A stretch of 62,825 nt of DNA, filler included, from Sphacelaria rigidula (Eukaryota): the NCBI GenBank assembly GCA_964200075.2. It is 6 parts of 6 records of this genome, joined end to end, with 100 filler letters (N's around TTAATTAATTAA, not from the genome) between each part and the next. Parts side by side here need not be neighbours in the genome. Positions count along the whole stretch, not along the records: positions 10,490 to 20,878 come from CAXNAA020006594.1; positions 20,979 to 31,366 come from CAXNAA020006595.1; 4 more parts are not named here. The stretch is one strand, 5' to 3'. Below are positions 12,267 through 25,592 of this stretch, one piece after another; within the stretch, counting starts at the first letter, position 1, and each line of letters begins with the position of its first letter. A program made the translations under genes and the position numbers. The notes below the pieces were generated by a model. That model saw only the letters and a program-made list of their open reading frames with translations. It did no database searches and was not told where the DNA came from.

Positions 12267-13466
12267 CGAGCTGGGCCAGCCTAGAAGCGAATTTCTAGTT
12301 TGCAGGCCCATTCGTCGGTCAGCATTTAGAGTTGGACCCTAAAATTTGGTATGGATAATGAATAGGGCTTGAGAAATATATATATATATATATATATTAA
12401 TATCTGCAAACAGTTTTTTGTTTTCATGTGTTGAGGGCATGTTACTGATACCTGAAAACTGATTACTGCCTTTGACTCATAAAAAAAAATGTGTGCGGGG
12501 ATGATTTCTTTCTGTGCCCTATTCACTGTCCACACCAAATTTTAGGGTCCAACTCTATATTGGCCGACGAATAGACTCTCTAGTACGGGTCGGTAGAAAT
12601 TGGGAACAGTATTTGCAGGCCACTCACCGGCCCACGTTTGGTGTTTGTGTATTGAAATTTGGTGTGGGATCTAGCTAGAGTATAATGAATAAAAAAAATA
12701 GGTCGGGTTGGTATTGATAATTTTTCACTGGTTTAGGGCGTTCGAGGATGGTGATGGCCATTTTTTTACGGGAACGCCCGGACCTCCCCCCTCCAAAAAA
12801 AATGAAGGCCCCTTTATTTTTCATTCTGCATGCTAAGTTTCAAATCAAATTCCTAAAAATTGAGCAAAAATAATGATATAAGGCCCTAGAGCAGTGTTCA
12901 TTTCTCCTCAAAACTCCCCTGAAAAAGGGAAAAAAATGAAAAAAATGAAAAAAACGAAAAAATGAAGAATTTGTTTTTAATTGTTTTATGCATTAGCGGT
13001 TCTCCTTACGAAAGTTCATGACACAACTCTCAAAAATTGACACGTGATATCCAGATTTAGGACATCTAGCGCCTCTGCTCGTAATATATTGATTCTAGTA
13101 TGGAACCCTATGTGCGCCGTATCTCGCGATAGATTACTGTACGAATTAGGTGAAGGTGAGGGTACCTATCGTCTCCCCGTGCTCCAGGGAATGTCCACAC
13201 CAAAAATCGTCGTCGTCCGATGAATGTATATCGTTCGGGGTTTCATATGGATTTTAGTATGGACGCTATCTCCGTCAGGTATGGGAATTCATTAATAGAC
13301 ATGGGGTTTCAGTCAACGACAAAATATTGGCCCAGACTTTCGAACAGATGGACACCTTCCCCTTGATTAGACAATTGATACGGTATGCAGATCACGACCC
13401 ATCTCGTCTGTGTCGATGAGATATTGCGTTGAGAGCTAAATTCCGTTTCTAGGCTGGCCCAGCTCG
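12267..13466. mobile_element. Non-autonomous Tc1/mariner-like element (1.2 kb)
   Basis: TA|CGAGCTGGGCCAGCCTAGA ... TCTAGGCTGGCCCAGCTCG|TA; TA duplication; no transposase ORF. Confidence 0.85.
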
Positions 13467-13779
13467 TATCAAAGCAGCCTGTCACTTCGACGATGCTTTA
13501 TATAATCGTCTCATGGACGCCTCCACTTTTCAAAGCTCACATACTTGTCGGCGTTTCAATATGCCAACCCCTTATTCTTCGTGCTTCGTAGCCCGAACGT
13601 TTGAGCCGGTCTTGGCGGCATGGAAAATAATTCGGAAGTCGGCCATGGCTCCATGGACACCAGTATACCGTCCTCTCGAGACGCGCAGTGGTCAAATAGT
13701 CACAGCTCCCTACTCCCCCGCCACCGTGTGCTCTCGAAAAGTCTCACCTGAACTGTCGATTTCTCCGTGGTTGATAGAT

Positions 13780-15420
13780 GACAACAACGCATCCTGCAGG
13801 GTACGCCACATCTCCCGTTACGGGATTCACCGCCAAGGCGCTGTTGTGCAAGCAGGTCTGCGTTCACCACACCGTTCGCGTGAATTGTGATTTTGGCCAT
13901 GGCCGTTACGTGCGTGTTGTGTGTGTGAAGAAGAGTTGTTTGCCCATCCATAACCAAGGGAAATATGGCATTCAATCAGCAGAAACAAGAGAAAAAAGAA
14001 GAGAGGGATGCAAAGACGGAAAGGTTAGCCGTTACTGCGACCGCGAAGGATGTGGGGATATGTCGCAGAAGCATTCGCACCTTGAAATTCGCACACTGCG
14101 CAAGCATACGGACTCCAGTAGACTGACTGACTTCTGTCCCGAGTTCAACTGGGGTACCAAAAAAAGTGAAATCGACACGTCGCATCGAGACAAGGCCGGC
14201 AGGGAACGACGGCGTACCCTTCTGCATGCATCAAAGGGTTTCGAAGGGCTCGGACTACCCCTCTATTATTCCGAGACATTACGGAATAACGAATCCATTT
14301 GATACTTACCTGGCCTCGCAAATTCTGCAATGTCAGATGCGAGCTTAGTATGTGTAGCTAGAGAGACTCGCAGAATGACGTGAACATGCCCTTTGCCATG
14401 GCCCCGTGGTTGTCGAAACTCTCTTATCATATTTTCGGGGCATGCTGCCCGATACTTCTGCTGACTTATTGCACTGGCCCACCATCACGTAACCAAGGAA
14501 AAAACACCGAGGCCTGATCTTGAAACACTCACAAAAATTCCGGCCTAGGAAGTCCAGCCAAGTTTCCTACTTGGCCACGCTCTTGTTTTTACTGTAACGC
14601 AAAACATGAAAAGAAATTGGTCTCTCCTATGAGAGCCATGCTTCGATGGGGGGAGGGTGTTTGATTCCACAAAAAACAGGCACACGCACGTCAGAAGATC
14701 TGACACACTCGCAGTCTGCTTGTGTTTCGGCAAAAACGGTGTCAGGAAGTATGAGTTAGCGCTGTTCATCATAAATAAGCGCGTTCGAACAACCGTTGCT
14801 GTTTTTAACGGCGATTTGAAGTGGAATTTCGAGGAAGGAATCACCCAAAATGCCACCTCCTGCCTCCTTATTGTGGCATGACTCGTGAGCCTCAAAAAAA
14901 TTCAAGGCTTGCACCCATAATAATACTTGGGTACTAGCGGGTGCGTACGGGCTGCATGCAGTACAGCACAAGACAGTATTACATTAATAGAAGACATGGT
15001 ACCTCCTAGAGTATCAGTTGGGGATGAAATAGCAAGGGGCCCTGATGGAGGGCTGCGATGTTGTGCTGGCAACATGCAATTTTACCGTACCTGTATAATA
15101 GCGTGTTCTCCGTACTTTCTTGTTCGATACAAAAAGCGCATATCCGGTGCAGTCTCTCCGCGTGACGGTTTTCAAAGCGCGGGTTTCCCGAAACAACAGA
15201 CGCTACCCTTCTCAAAAGATCCATAGTTCACCAAAGGTCCTCCAAAAAATCTTCCCGGCGAAACAGAATTCGTCGGCGTGGCCACGCGATGTAGCCGTCG
15301 TAGTTGTCGGGGAATGGAGACTAAAGATATCACCCCCGATGGGAAAGGGGGTGTTATATCCCGTCATCTACAGTGGCGTGCGGTGCCATACTTGGGGCAA
15401 CTGCCACCACGCAGAGACAT
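13780..15420 (+). pseudogene. Possible highly decayed MULE/MuDR-like transposase
   Basis: Broken frames with motifs in MULE-like order: RYVRVVCVKKSC, MAPWLSKL, LAVCLCFGKNG, SWIM-like YSGVRCH; weak, by eye only. Confidence 0.3.
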
Positions 15421-16244
15421 ATGCATCACCCCACATTGAAATGTGATACTTGTCCAAGTTCGTAGATATTACACAGAATCGATCTTCCACCTAAGTAGTC
15501 AAACCATCTGGATGCCCTTGCCCATCTGCAAAGCCCGACAACGTCTCGCGGACTCGGGCCCTAGAAGCACGTACAGTACATATATCTCTGGCACGCGGCG
15601 GGTAATCTTTTTGTGTCGCAGCACATCAAACCATCACAACATATCAACCATTCTCTAGCACCGACTGTCCTGTACCCAGCAAGCACCCATAACTACTTTC
15701 AACCAACACCAAGAGGCTTGTCCACAAGCTCGTGAAAGTACCAAGAGTGAGTTGACCTTCAACCGAACAGGCCATGGACATGAGCACAGGGTCCTACCTG
15801 ACCGATGACACGATCCAGTGTTAGCGCGGGTGCTGGTTGCTGCGATCCTTGAAAAGAGCCCGCTCGCCCGCTTAAACCCCCCACTGCCGACGACGACGTA
15901 TGCCGGTCGGATGATGACCCAGGCTTGGGCAGAACCATAACTTATGAGGGAGATCCTTCGTCAGAGAAAGGATTTGAGCAGGATGAAGTTGTGTGAATTC
16001 AGGATGCTGCTTGATGCCGCATTTCAAAATTTGGAACATGACGTAATAGTACGGTGGATAACACCCCCTCAGCACTGGGGATAGCACAGTACAGTAATAT
16101 TATACGCTTTTGTCAACAAACACAGGCAAGGGTATTCCGAAAAGGTGTGAATGGTGTCAAATAAAAGAAATAATCCGTCGACATTAACTGACATGTGCGG
16201 TATTCGCTATTTTGTTCTGTATAAAGGTCGGGGGAGTCGGGCTA

Positions 16245-17107
16245 CGAGCTGGGCCAGCCAAAAAACGGATTTTAGCTCTAAAAATAATATCTCATCGACA
16301 CAGACGAGTTGGGCCGTGATCCGCATAATATATCGTATTAATCGTCTAATCAAGGGGAAGGTACTCATTTTCTCTAAAGCATGGGCTCGTATTTTCTCGT
16401 TGATTAAACCCCATGTCTAGTAATTCCTATACCTGAGGGAGATAGCGCCACTACTAAAATCTCTATGAAACTCCCGATCGATGCATTTAGCGGATGGTGA
16501 CGAATTTTGGTGTGGAGAACCATAAAGAATGCCGGAAAAAAAAAAATGGGCCTTCATCTATAATTTTTTCATAGAGGCTAGGGCGTTCTCGTGAAGGAAT
16601 GATCTCTACCATGGTAGAACGCCCTAAACCAGTGAAAAATATTGAAAAAAATCAACCTGACCCACTTTTTATTGTCAACTTTGCCTTAGAGAGCGTCAAC
16701 ACATGATTTCAATACACGAAAACCAAACACGGGCCGGTGAGTGGCCCGCGAAATACTGTTCCGAATTTCTACCGACCCGGTTTTGTAAAGGCCCATGCTC
16801 CCGCCAATATTTAGAGTTGCATCCTGAAATTTGGTATGGACAATGAACAGGGCATGAAGAAAAACATTATCTCAACACCAGAATTTTTTTTCCCCATGAG
16901 TTATGGACAAAAATCAGTTTTCAGGTTTCAGTAAAAATGCTTCAACTCATGACATAAAAAGAAAAGAAAAACTTCATGTGCCGATGTAATTTTTTTTTCA
17001 TGCCCTCTTCATTGTACATACCAAATTTCAGGGTCCAACTCCAAATAAATACTGGCGGGCGCATGGGCCTGCAAACTTCAAATCCGCCTCTAGGCTGGCC
17101 CAGCTCG
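16245..17107. mobile_element. Non-autonomous Tc1/mariner-like element, shorter copy in the opposite orientation to 12267-13466
   Basis: Same TIR CGAGCTGGGCCAGCC, TA on both sides; interior homologous in reverse complement. Confidence 0.85.
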
Positions 17108-18010
17108 TATGAAATACTTATCCAACAATTATAATAGTGGACCGATATCGTGTGCCGTATTGTTTTTGTTGTTCAAGATCTAACCAGACCGACTCCGTCG
17201 ATCTTCTCGAGGAATACAAAGCGTTCTTCACAGGACTCGTACCGCATATACATGCGGCGTTCACCGAAGACCTTGACGAGGCAGTGGTATTATTTGTATA
17301 AACTATGGGCTAGTAGTGCTGCCCTGCACTTGATCTAAAGTAGTTTGTACGAGTATAGCCATACCATCATTATTTTTGTCACGGACAGAATGTAAGTACG
17401 ACTATCATAGTACCATGATACCAACGATTGGAGCATGTAAACGTTGAAACAGGAGTGAATTCTATCCACACGAATATCATGTTGTATGATAATATCACGC
17501 AAGCATCTGCACCACAAGTTTCCGACAGAAAGAAATGCACCTGTAGGCGAACATTAAGACGTCAATACGCGGCCAATAGGAAGAAATTCGGAAGTTATCT
17601 TGCAACACTGCAGCCGCCGTGCCCCGGCAGTCTATAACTCGTGCGAGTCACTGAAGCCGTTGCTACCATGCTTCGGAAGAATGTGGGTTCGATTCCCGGC
17701 AGTTTGGTAAGGCTGAAACGTATGTGATTTCCGTCGTTGAAAATGTGAGAAGAGCAAAAACAAATTGACAAGAGTCGACGCGGTGCGGGACTGCGGATCC
17801 GATTTCGCAATATAACAGGTTGCAAGGTGTGTACGCGGGAAGGTATGGGCTGATCCATTACCATCACGGCCTCGCTCCGATCAGGGGTGACGAGGGGGGG
17901 GGAGGGAGGGGGGGGGGTGGAAGCATGCCATGAAAACAGAGAAACAAAAAAATACGCCAGTCAGACCTTGACCTTTTTTGTTGCTACATACTTTCGTACA
18001 TTCATACCTT

Positions 18011-18205
18011 CAAGGGTAGGTCAAGTAGAGTATGTACTTTTGAGTGCTTGAGAAAAATACTCAAGTATTTATTCTACTCGACATTTGAGTAGGTCGAGCA
18101 AAGTCTCAAATACTCTACTCAATTTTTGAGTAGATCGAGTACGAACTCAAATACTCTACTCAAATACTGCGTGTTCTCTCTCTGTGATACTTGAGTAGAG
18201 ACTTT
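18011..18205. mobile_element. Partial hAT-like MITE end
   Basis: caagggtaggtcaagtagagta TIR and tactctactc subterminal repeats, as in 7843-8047; second TIR not found. Confidence 0.55.
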
Positions 18206-18354
18206 TCAAACAGCAGGTCCTGAAAAATGAGGTTCATTTCAAAAATGAGGTTCAAGCCGCGCATCTTTTTTGCAGGGACGACGCGAAACAGTAACACAGA
18301 GCAAAACCATCTTTCCCCCCCAAACTCCGCAACTGTGAATCATCAGTTAACACC

Positions 18355-19035
18355 CGATTCCAAATTTTGGGGTTCAACACTAAAATGGCGCTGAAGTCGC
18401 ATTTTTCTATCGCAGGAAAGATACGAAAGGGTAACACAGAGCGAATCTTCCTCCCCAAAACTCCGCAGGCGGAGTTGACCGTTAGATCGCGAGAGTAGGT
18501 CACCTGCTGGATCGGCATCAATATTCACTTGAAAAGGTACACGTGGTCCAGATCAACTCCCAACACTGCGGTCCAAGGGTTAAGCAACTCTGGCTAGGTG
18601 CACCCAACGAATTCGGCGTACACGCGTATCGATGACGATATCACCAGAGAGAGAAGCAACGGCAGAGAGGAAGCTCCTCGCCCGTGTCCTTTGCGTGCCC
18701 TCGCTCGGCGATTATTACTATCGCTCGAGAGACTCGCATCATCGATGTTACTAGCATGTTCCGAATTTTCCATGTTATGCCTAAATTTCGAGCGGCGGAG
18801 AGATTTCGTCTCTTCTTCTTGCTTGCTTGATGCGAAGATCAGTTACTCTCTGCCTCTCTTTTTGGACAGGACGCGCGTCTGTGCACTGAAGGACACATGT
18901 CGTTGAAAAACAGGGCAATGTTCCCGTCACCGCTACAACTACTATACTCTGCCACACACATACCAGCAAGGGCGGTGCTGCGGCAATAACAGATAGATCC
19001 GATTTGAATTTAAGGGGTGTTATTCATCGTTGATT
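18355..19035 (+). repeat. Diverged direct repeat unit A, copy 1
   Basis: Colinear with 20285-20862 (ggtgcacccaacgaa...ggcaataacagatagatcc...ggggtgttattcatcg). Confidence 0.75.
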
Positions 19036-19162
19036 TGCGCCGACGTCCTCAAGCCGGGCGCGCGAGCAGAACAGCGTGCCACACGCCAGTTGAGGGGGGT
19101 GTATGAGAGATCAAACACTTGTAGAGACCTTTTTGACATGCGGAGTGAAAAAAGATACCTTC

Positions 19163-20267
19163 GGTGGTGACCTACCTGTTGCTAGCGTCGTACATCAGCA
19201 ATCTGCAGCACAAATACGGTGGTCGCGTTGACAGCTCGGTACAGCACGAGCACCTTCCCATGAGTAATAATTATTCCGATGTCAGGAGGTCCTGGATTAT
19301 CACAACTCGAAAGGAGAGACGAGAGTGCTCTACGATCAACAACATGTCGTTGCATATGAGACCCACGCCATCAACCGCCGACAGCAAGGGTCTTGTGGCT
19401 TTCACGCGACGCGGTCGGCAGCACGGCAGGCAAACCGGATCATGGCTATCTTTCGTCTGCGCAGTGGTGGTCACGCTAACAAAGTGCACCGATTTCACAA
19501 GTCCTGTGAAAGCGAGAAAGTTTGATTTTTATGAGCTACATGCACAAGATGAAAACGGTTTCCAAACCCTGAGGGAAGGCGGCCGCTTCAGGTCCAGTTG
19601 AACATCAGAAGAAACTGTCGAACAGCGATACGAACCTTTTCCGGCATCGGCGTCGGAGAGTGCTCGAATAACGGAACAGAAATCGACAAGTTGCTGTTCG
19701 TATTAGAAAACCATGCGCTTGGAACACTTTGCAGCTTCGAAGACACAGATTTTGATGGAAAAAAACTTCTCCGGGCCCCCATGTGTGTTGTACCTGCCTG
19801 TAAAAGTCATTTCTTGTTCACCGATGCCTGGCTGGGGGACAGGGAAGCCATCCTCCCTAAGGTTTTGGGAACCTTTTTCATTTTGTGCATGTAGCTCATA
19901 AAAATCAAACTTTCTTGCTTTCACAGGACTTGTGAAATCGGTGCACTTTGTTAGCGTGACCACCACTGCGCAGACGAAAGATAGCCATGATCCGATTTGC
20001 CTGCCGTGCTGCCGACCACGTCGCGTGAAAGCCACAAGACCCTTGCTGTCGGCGGTTGATGGCGTGGGTCTCATATGCAACGACATGCGGTTGATCGTAG
20101 AGCACTCTCGTCTCTCCTTTCGAGTTGTGATAATCCAGGACCTCCTGACATCGGAATAATTATTACTCATGGGAAGGTACTCGTGCTGTACCGAGCTGTC
20201 AACGCGACCACCGTATTTGTGCTGCAGATTGCTTATGCGCCACGCTAGCAACAGGTAGGTCACCACC
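19163..20267. repeat. Long inverted repeat: arms 19163-19583 and 19847-20267, spacer about 260 bp
   Basis: Arms are near-identical reverse complements; also visible as mirrored ORFs 19164..19601(+) and 19703..20287(-). Confidence 0.9.
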
Positions 20268-20284
20268 ATAGCACAGCCGATCCT

Positions 20285-20862
20285 CATTTTTGGGGTTGAA
20301 CTGTAAAATGAAGTTCAACCCGCAAATCGCTTCCGTTGGGAAAATATCAAACAGTAATACAAAACGAAGGTATTTTCCCCCAACACTCCGCAAGAGGAGT
20401 TGGGCAGTTCGGGTTAGGTGCACCCAACGAATGCGGTGTACACGCGTGTCGATGGCGATATCACCAGAGAGAGAGAAGCAACGACAGAGAAGAAGTTCCT
20501 CGCTCGTGTCGTTTGTGTGTCCTCGCTCGGCGATTACCAATCGCTCGAGAGACTGGCATCATTGATCTTCCCAGCACGTGGCGACTTTTCCATGTCGTGA
20601 AACACCAAGCTACGGAGAGTTTCCGTCGTCTCTTTGTCTTGCCTGAGCACCTCATCATCGATGCGAAGATCAGTTTCTCTCTGGCTCTCTTTTTGGAGAG
20701 CACGCGCCTCTGTGCGCTGAAGAACATGTCCTTGGAAAACAGGGCAATATTTCCGTCACCGCTACTACTGTTCTCTGTCACATACATGCCCGCAAGGACG
20801 GTGCTGCGGCAATAACAGATAGATCCAATATGAACTTAGGGGGGTGTTATTCATCGTCGATT
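20285..20862 (+). repeat. Diverged direct repeat unit A, copy 2
   Basis: Colinear with 18355-19035. Confidence 0.75.
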
Positions 20863-20878
20863 GTCCGCCACCCCGACC

Positions 20879-20978
20879 NNNNNNNNNNNNNNNNNNNNNN
20901 NNNNNNNNNNNNNNNNNNNNNNTTAATTAATTAANNNNNNNNNNNNNNNNNNNNNNNNNNNNNNNNNNNNNNNNNNNN
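20879..20978. other. Artificial contig spacer
   Basis: 44 N + TTAATTAATTAA + 44 N. Confidence 0.99.
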
Positions 20979-21604
20979 TGTGACCACGGGTTCGCGAGAT
21001 CGGACTAATGTGCGGAAATAATAATAATAATAAAAAAACAAGGTTAGACCTCAACGAAAATTCATGTTCCCCAAATTGTAGAGTGCTCCAAATGTATACT
21101 TGAATGATGCACGAACTATGAACGTTTCAGCAGAAGAACAAACACCACACACGTGCTCCCATGACCTCCGCACTTCTTGAAGCCGTGGAAGTTCCAAGAC
21201 ACATGTATCGTACCAGAATCACCAATGCCATACAGCGGGGCGTGAGGTTGATGGGGTGGCCTACGACAGCGTATGGCCGGAGTCTGGTGTAAAATGATGA
21301 CCGAAACAGCGTGAGAGGCTTTGGCCTTGTGCACACACGAGTCCTCATACCTTTCACCTATTCCATACGGTCCGTGAGAGGTATGGCTACAAAACATAAG
21401 ATGGCGTGCATCACCAACAGAAGACGGAGGAACACATCAACAGATGTCACTACAGACTACCGAAGCGTTTATTTGGCTGAAAATAGTAGCCTCGGACTTG
21501 CCCCGAACTCAAGACACCCACTTCTGGACGAAGCAGATGTCGATTACTGCAACAAGAAATCTCGCGCGGTTTGTTGTGTGATGCTCTCCGTGAGCCGATC
21601 TTTG

Positions 21605-23233
21605 CAAGGTTGTGTTCTGTAGGATGCAGTTTTCTGTATACCCGGGGTACTTAGCAGGGTATTTACCGTACCCGACAGTTCTGTGAGTTCTGTAAGACTT
21701 TTATTCCGGTACCCGACAGTTCTGTAATCTCTGTAAGACCACCGTACTATTACCGAGGGGCACGGGTACGCTCTTGATGACATACCTGATTGCGGGTACG
21801 GTTTTTTGTGCAACCTCCATACCCTACCCGATAGTTTCTGTGAGTTATGTACAGATCGTCTACCTGTACCCGGAGCGCGGGTATGCTCTAGAAAAAATAC
21901 CCAATTGCCGGTACCGATTTTCGGCAAGCCTCCCGTACCGTACGCGACAAGTTCTGTAATTTGTGGAAGACTTTCATAAAGTACCGGTACCCGACAGTTC
22001 TGTGAGCTCTGTAAGCATTCCATACCGCTACCAGGGGTTAGGGTTTACCGTTATAGATATATCCGATTGCAGGTATGAGCACATGTATATACCTTGGGGA
22101 GGTACGGATATCGGTTCAATCCAAACACAACCTCATGACCTGAACATGTACCTCCCATCGATCAACCCACCCAACTCCTTCATTCAAAACTGCATACCAA
22201 CAATAATTCAATGTTGAAAAGTTCTCTAGTTTGGGATCTGACCGGATACAAGGTATCGCTGAGTGGAAACACGAAAACATGAGCAGCCCTGCAGACCGTC
22301 AGGATAGATTACCCCCAGACCCGAGCGGTGACTCGAGCGGGGGCGGTTCGTCTGCGCCACCAGAGGATCAAGTAGCAAGACGCACGTCATCGACGTTGAT
22401 AGTGATTGTGTCGTGGTCATCAAAGCCCAGGCCGTTATCGACATGTACAGCACGGAGTATGAGTTGCCATCGAAAGTCCTCGAGGCTGTCGGCGATTTTG
22501 TCCATGTCAAAGGGCTTCCAGAGAACGGGCAGCCGTGAATGCTCCTTCAGGTACTCACTTGTAGTGTACGTGAAGCCGACGTATGTTGACGATCCTGTGC
22601 ACGTGCACTACTGCGATTGTCCGTGTAGTCTTTCTCTATCAACCCCGTTAACCATTCAGAGTTTTCGTAAACTTTCATCTTTATTTCGTCACTGTTGTAG
22701 TGACGTAGGTCCCACCACAGGGGTGATGATAATACCAAGGTCGTGTTTTGTAGGGTACGGTTTTCTGTACACCCGGGGTAATTTGCCGGGTGTTTACCGT
22801 ACCCGACAATTCTGTGATCTCTGTAAGACCTTCATACCCGTACCCGATAGTTCTGTGAGTTCTGTGAGCCTCCTGTACCTTTTACCGGGGGGCACGGGTA
22901 TGCTCTTGATAAGATACCCGGTTGCGGGTACGGTTTTCTGTGTAAACTTCATCGCCTACCCGACAGTTTCTGTGAGTTATGTGAGCCTCCTATACCCTAA
23001 CCCGACAGTTCTGTGAGTTCCGTTCAAAAACTTTACCCGAACACGAGGGGCGGGTATACCCTAAAAGAGTTACCCGATTGCCGGTGCCGGTTTTCTGTAA
23101 GCCTCCCATACTGTACCCGACAAGTTCTGTAATTTCTGCAAGAGTTTCGTGCCGGTACCGGACAGTTCTGTCAGTTCTGTAAGAAATCTCATCCCCTACA
23201 AAGCGTACCAGTACCTTACAGAACACAACCTTG
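21605..23233. mobile_element. Composite hAT-like non-autonomous element with duplicated left end and internal passenger
   Basis: TIR caaggttgtgttctgta / tacagaacacaaccttg; 8-bp flanks gatctttg/gatcttcg; second left end at 22736; many cccgacagttctgtgag subterminal repeats. Confidence 0.75.
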
Positions 23234-24195
23234 GATCTTCGGTACGTGAAGTATATTTGATATCCATGGAAGTAACGTCGGCAAAGTACATGTATAGGTT
23301 GAATATATATATATATATATATCCGGTATGTACGTCACCGTGGAGGGATGAAGCAACTCGTTTACGTTTCACGCCACCTGTGATGACTGGCCAGAGGTGC
23401 CTGCACCCTTCGGCATTAGCCATATCATTGCCACAACCTAGATCTGCTCGATCTTCGATTTTCAAGCGCCGTACAATGCAGCCAAATGAAAAAAAATCTC
23501 AACTGCGCCATAACCTTGAAACACATACGGGACGGGTTTTTTTCATCTCTGGGACTCGACTTTGGGGGTCGGACAGTTCGCAGAACCGATGCCAACAGTG
23601 AACTGAGAACTTGGCGGGAAACAAGGAAACGAAAGAAGAGAGAGAGAGCAATGAAAGAGTCGAACCCAGATCTAGTTCCAGTGTCGAGAAAAAAGAGGGG
23701 ACTTTCGTCTAGGGAAGGTGCGCCTCCGTGTTTCTCGCCCCCCCGAGAGGAACCGTTTTTGACTAAAAACATACGCGCGATAGGTGAAACAAATTTCAAC
23801 GCTGTTTTGCCCCCGCCGATATTCTTCGGGTACACGATTGTGGATATGTGCTGCACCCGTACAGTACCTTCACCAAAACGAGGGAAAAACAAGTATTCTC
23901 GCCTCACACGGCTCATGCGCAAGAAAGGTCACCTCCACAAATGCACATCGTACCCTAGTCGGACTAGATTCGCACAGGTGCATCCGACGCAGTCTATCTT
24001 CTTCTCACATTCTTCCCTGGACTGCCCTCCCAAACTATCTGAGGCGGGTGCCGACTACCCCCAGTGCCTCAAATGGTCGGCGCCCGCCGCGATCCGAACC
24101 CGCTCAGCAAAAGCAACCATTTCACGCGCAGAATCGATTCTACTAGAGATTGTTCGACGATTGCAAGACACATCAATGACCAAACTCGAACATTT

Positions 24196-24454
24196 CAAGG
24201 GAAGGTCGAGTAGAGTATACTCCATATTCAGTATTTTCGAAGAGTCATACTTTTAGTGCTCAAATTTTGCGTAGAGTATTGAGGTCATACCCAAGTGATG
24301 CTCTTTGACTCTTAGATATTACTGAGAGTGCTTACTCAAGAGTTGAGTGGAGTAGTGGAGGTCGTACTTGATCTACTCAAAATTTGAGTAGAGTAAATAC
24401 GAGTGTATTTTACTCCAGTACTCAAGAGTGCATACTCTACCCGACCTGCCCTTG
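24196..24454. mobile_element. hAT-like MITE
   Basis: Same TIR as 7843-8047; 8-bp TSD gaacattt/aaacattt. Confidence 0.8.
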
Positions 24455-25239
24455 AAACATTTTATTTCCGGGGAAGGCTTCGGAGACCGTCTGCTTCCGG
24501 CACTAATCTTGTTAACACACACGGGCTGCTGGCGCTTCCGAAGGAAGCACGTGACGTCTTCTGTGTTCCCGCTTCGCGGCTCTTCCACCAACGGGTGCGT
24601 CGAGAAAGTAAAGGCTTCTTTCTCTGGTGTCAAGCACATCATAAAATCGCTCGGCAAATTTTTCTCGGCAGAAAGCGGACGTTGCAGTGGAGAGCGTGTT
24701 CTTCGTGGTATGCTTCGGCAGCAGTAGCAATAGTATGTAAATATGATTTTCTGCATCGAACAAGTTTTGATTTTCCTTTGATTGTCCGACGACATAATTC
24801 GACACTGTGATGAGATGGAGATGTGCGCCACATGCACTTGGGCAGCGTGTTATACACCGTCATTTATGGTACTACAACACTCGCCGAGTTGGATTGGGTC
24901 GGAGTTTGGGTCCTATCGAGGAAACACAAAACGGACTTCTTGGAAGAGAGGGATTTCTTTCGGCGCTGGGCGCAGACGGAAACAGGTCTGAAAATCTTGA
25001 TGGGAGTGAGTGTGATACATTACTGCATCGTGTTGCACGTGAAGTACACAAACGAGCTCGAACGGACACGCACCAACAAGCACAGTACAAGCGCATTACG
25101 CCTAGCGCTTGTCCTTGCCCATGTTCACATTGCTTATTTCACGCTCCGTTCGGTGTGGGAAGAGGGGGGGCCGCGCGTGCGTCCCGAAAGTTGCTCACGA
25201 CGGAACCGGTGATTTCTTGTGAAGGTGTTCCACGGAGCT

Positions 25240-25592
25240 GATCGCCCCGGTGGCTCAGTTGGTAACCTGGAAACTTCTGACGGTTAGGGCACGGGTCAAA
25301 TCTCGGAGCGATCTGGGTTTTTCTCTCACACAATGCCCAACAGTGGAGAGCGACTCTCAATGTCATGGGTACACAACACTCGACTTAACTGTCGACGGTG
25401 GAAAGGGACAATCGAACCCCTCTAGCGATAAAAAAAAAGGCAAGCACCGCAGAAGGAAGGTGGAGAACAACAACAAAGAAAAAGAAAATAATTCATGTGT
25501 TGGCCTTCCTCCTGTGTGACCCCGGCTTGTGTGCTCACATATTATACCGACAGGTGTAGACTGGCGTCCAGAACAGATGGGACGACAACACA
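25240..25592 (+). mobile_element. tRNA-derived SINE, second copy
   Basis: A box TGGCTCAGTTGG and decayed B box gggtcaaatc; body colinear with the reverse complement of 5325-5687. Confidence 0.75.

Noticed and set aside
21630..23230. Repeated cccgacagttctgtgag motif as a CRISPR array
   Set aside because: Irregular spacing, and the intervening sequence is duplicated between the two blocks; these are transposon subterminal repeats.
23425..24256. 256-aa and 165-aa ORFs
   Set aside because: No recognisable motif or splice support; the plus ORF runs into a MITE; likely chance ORFs.
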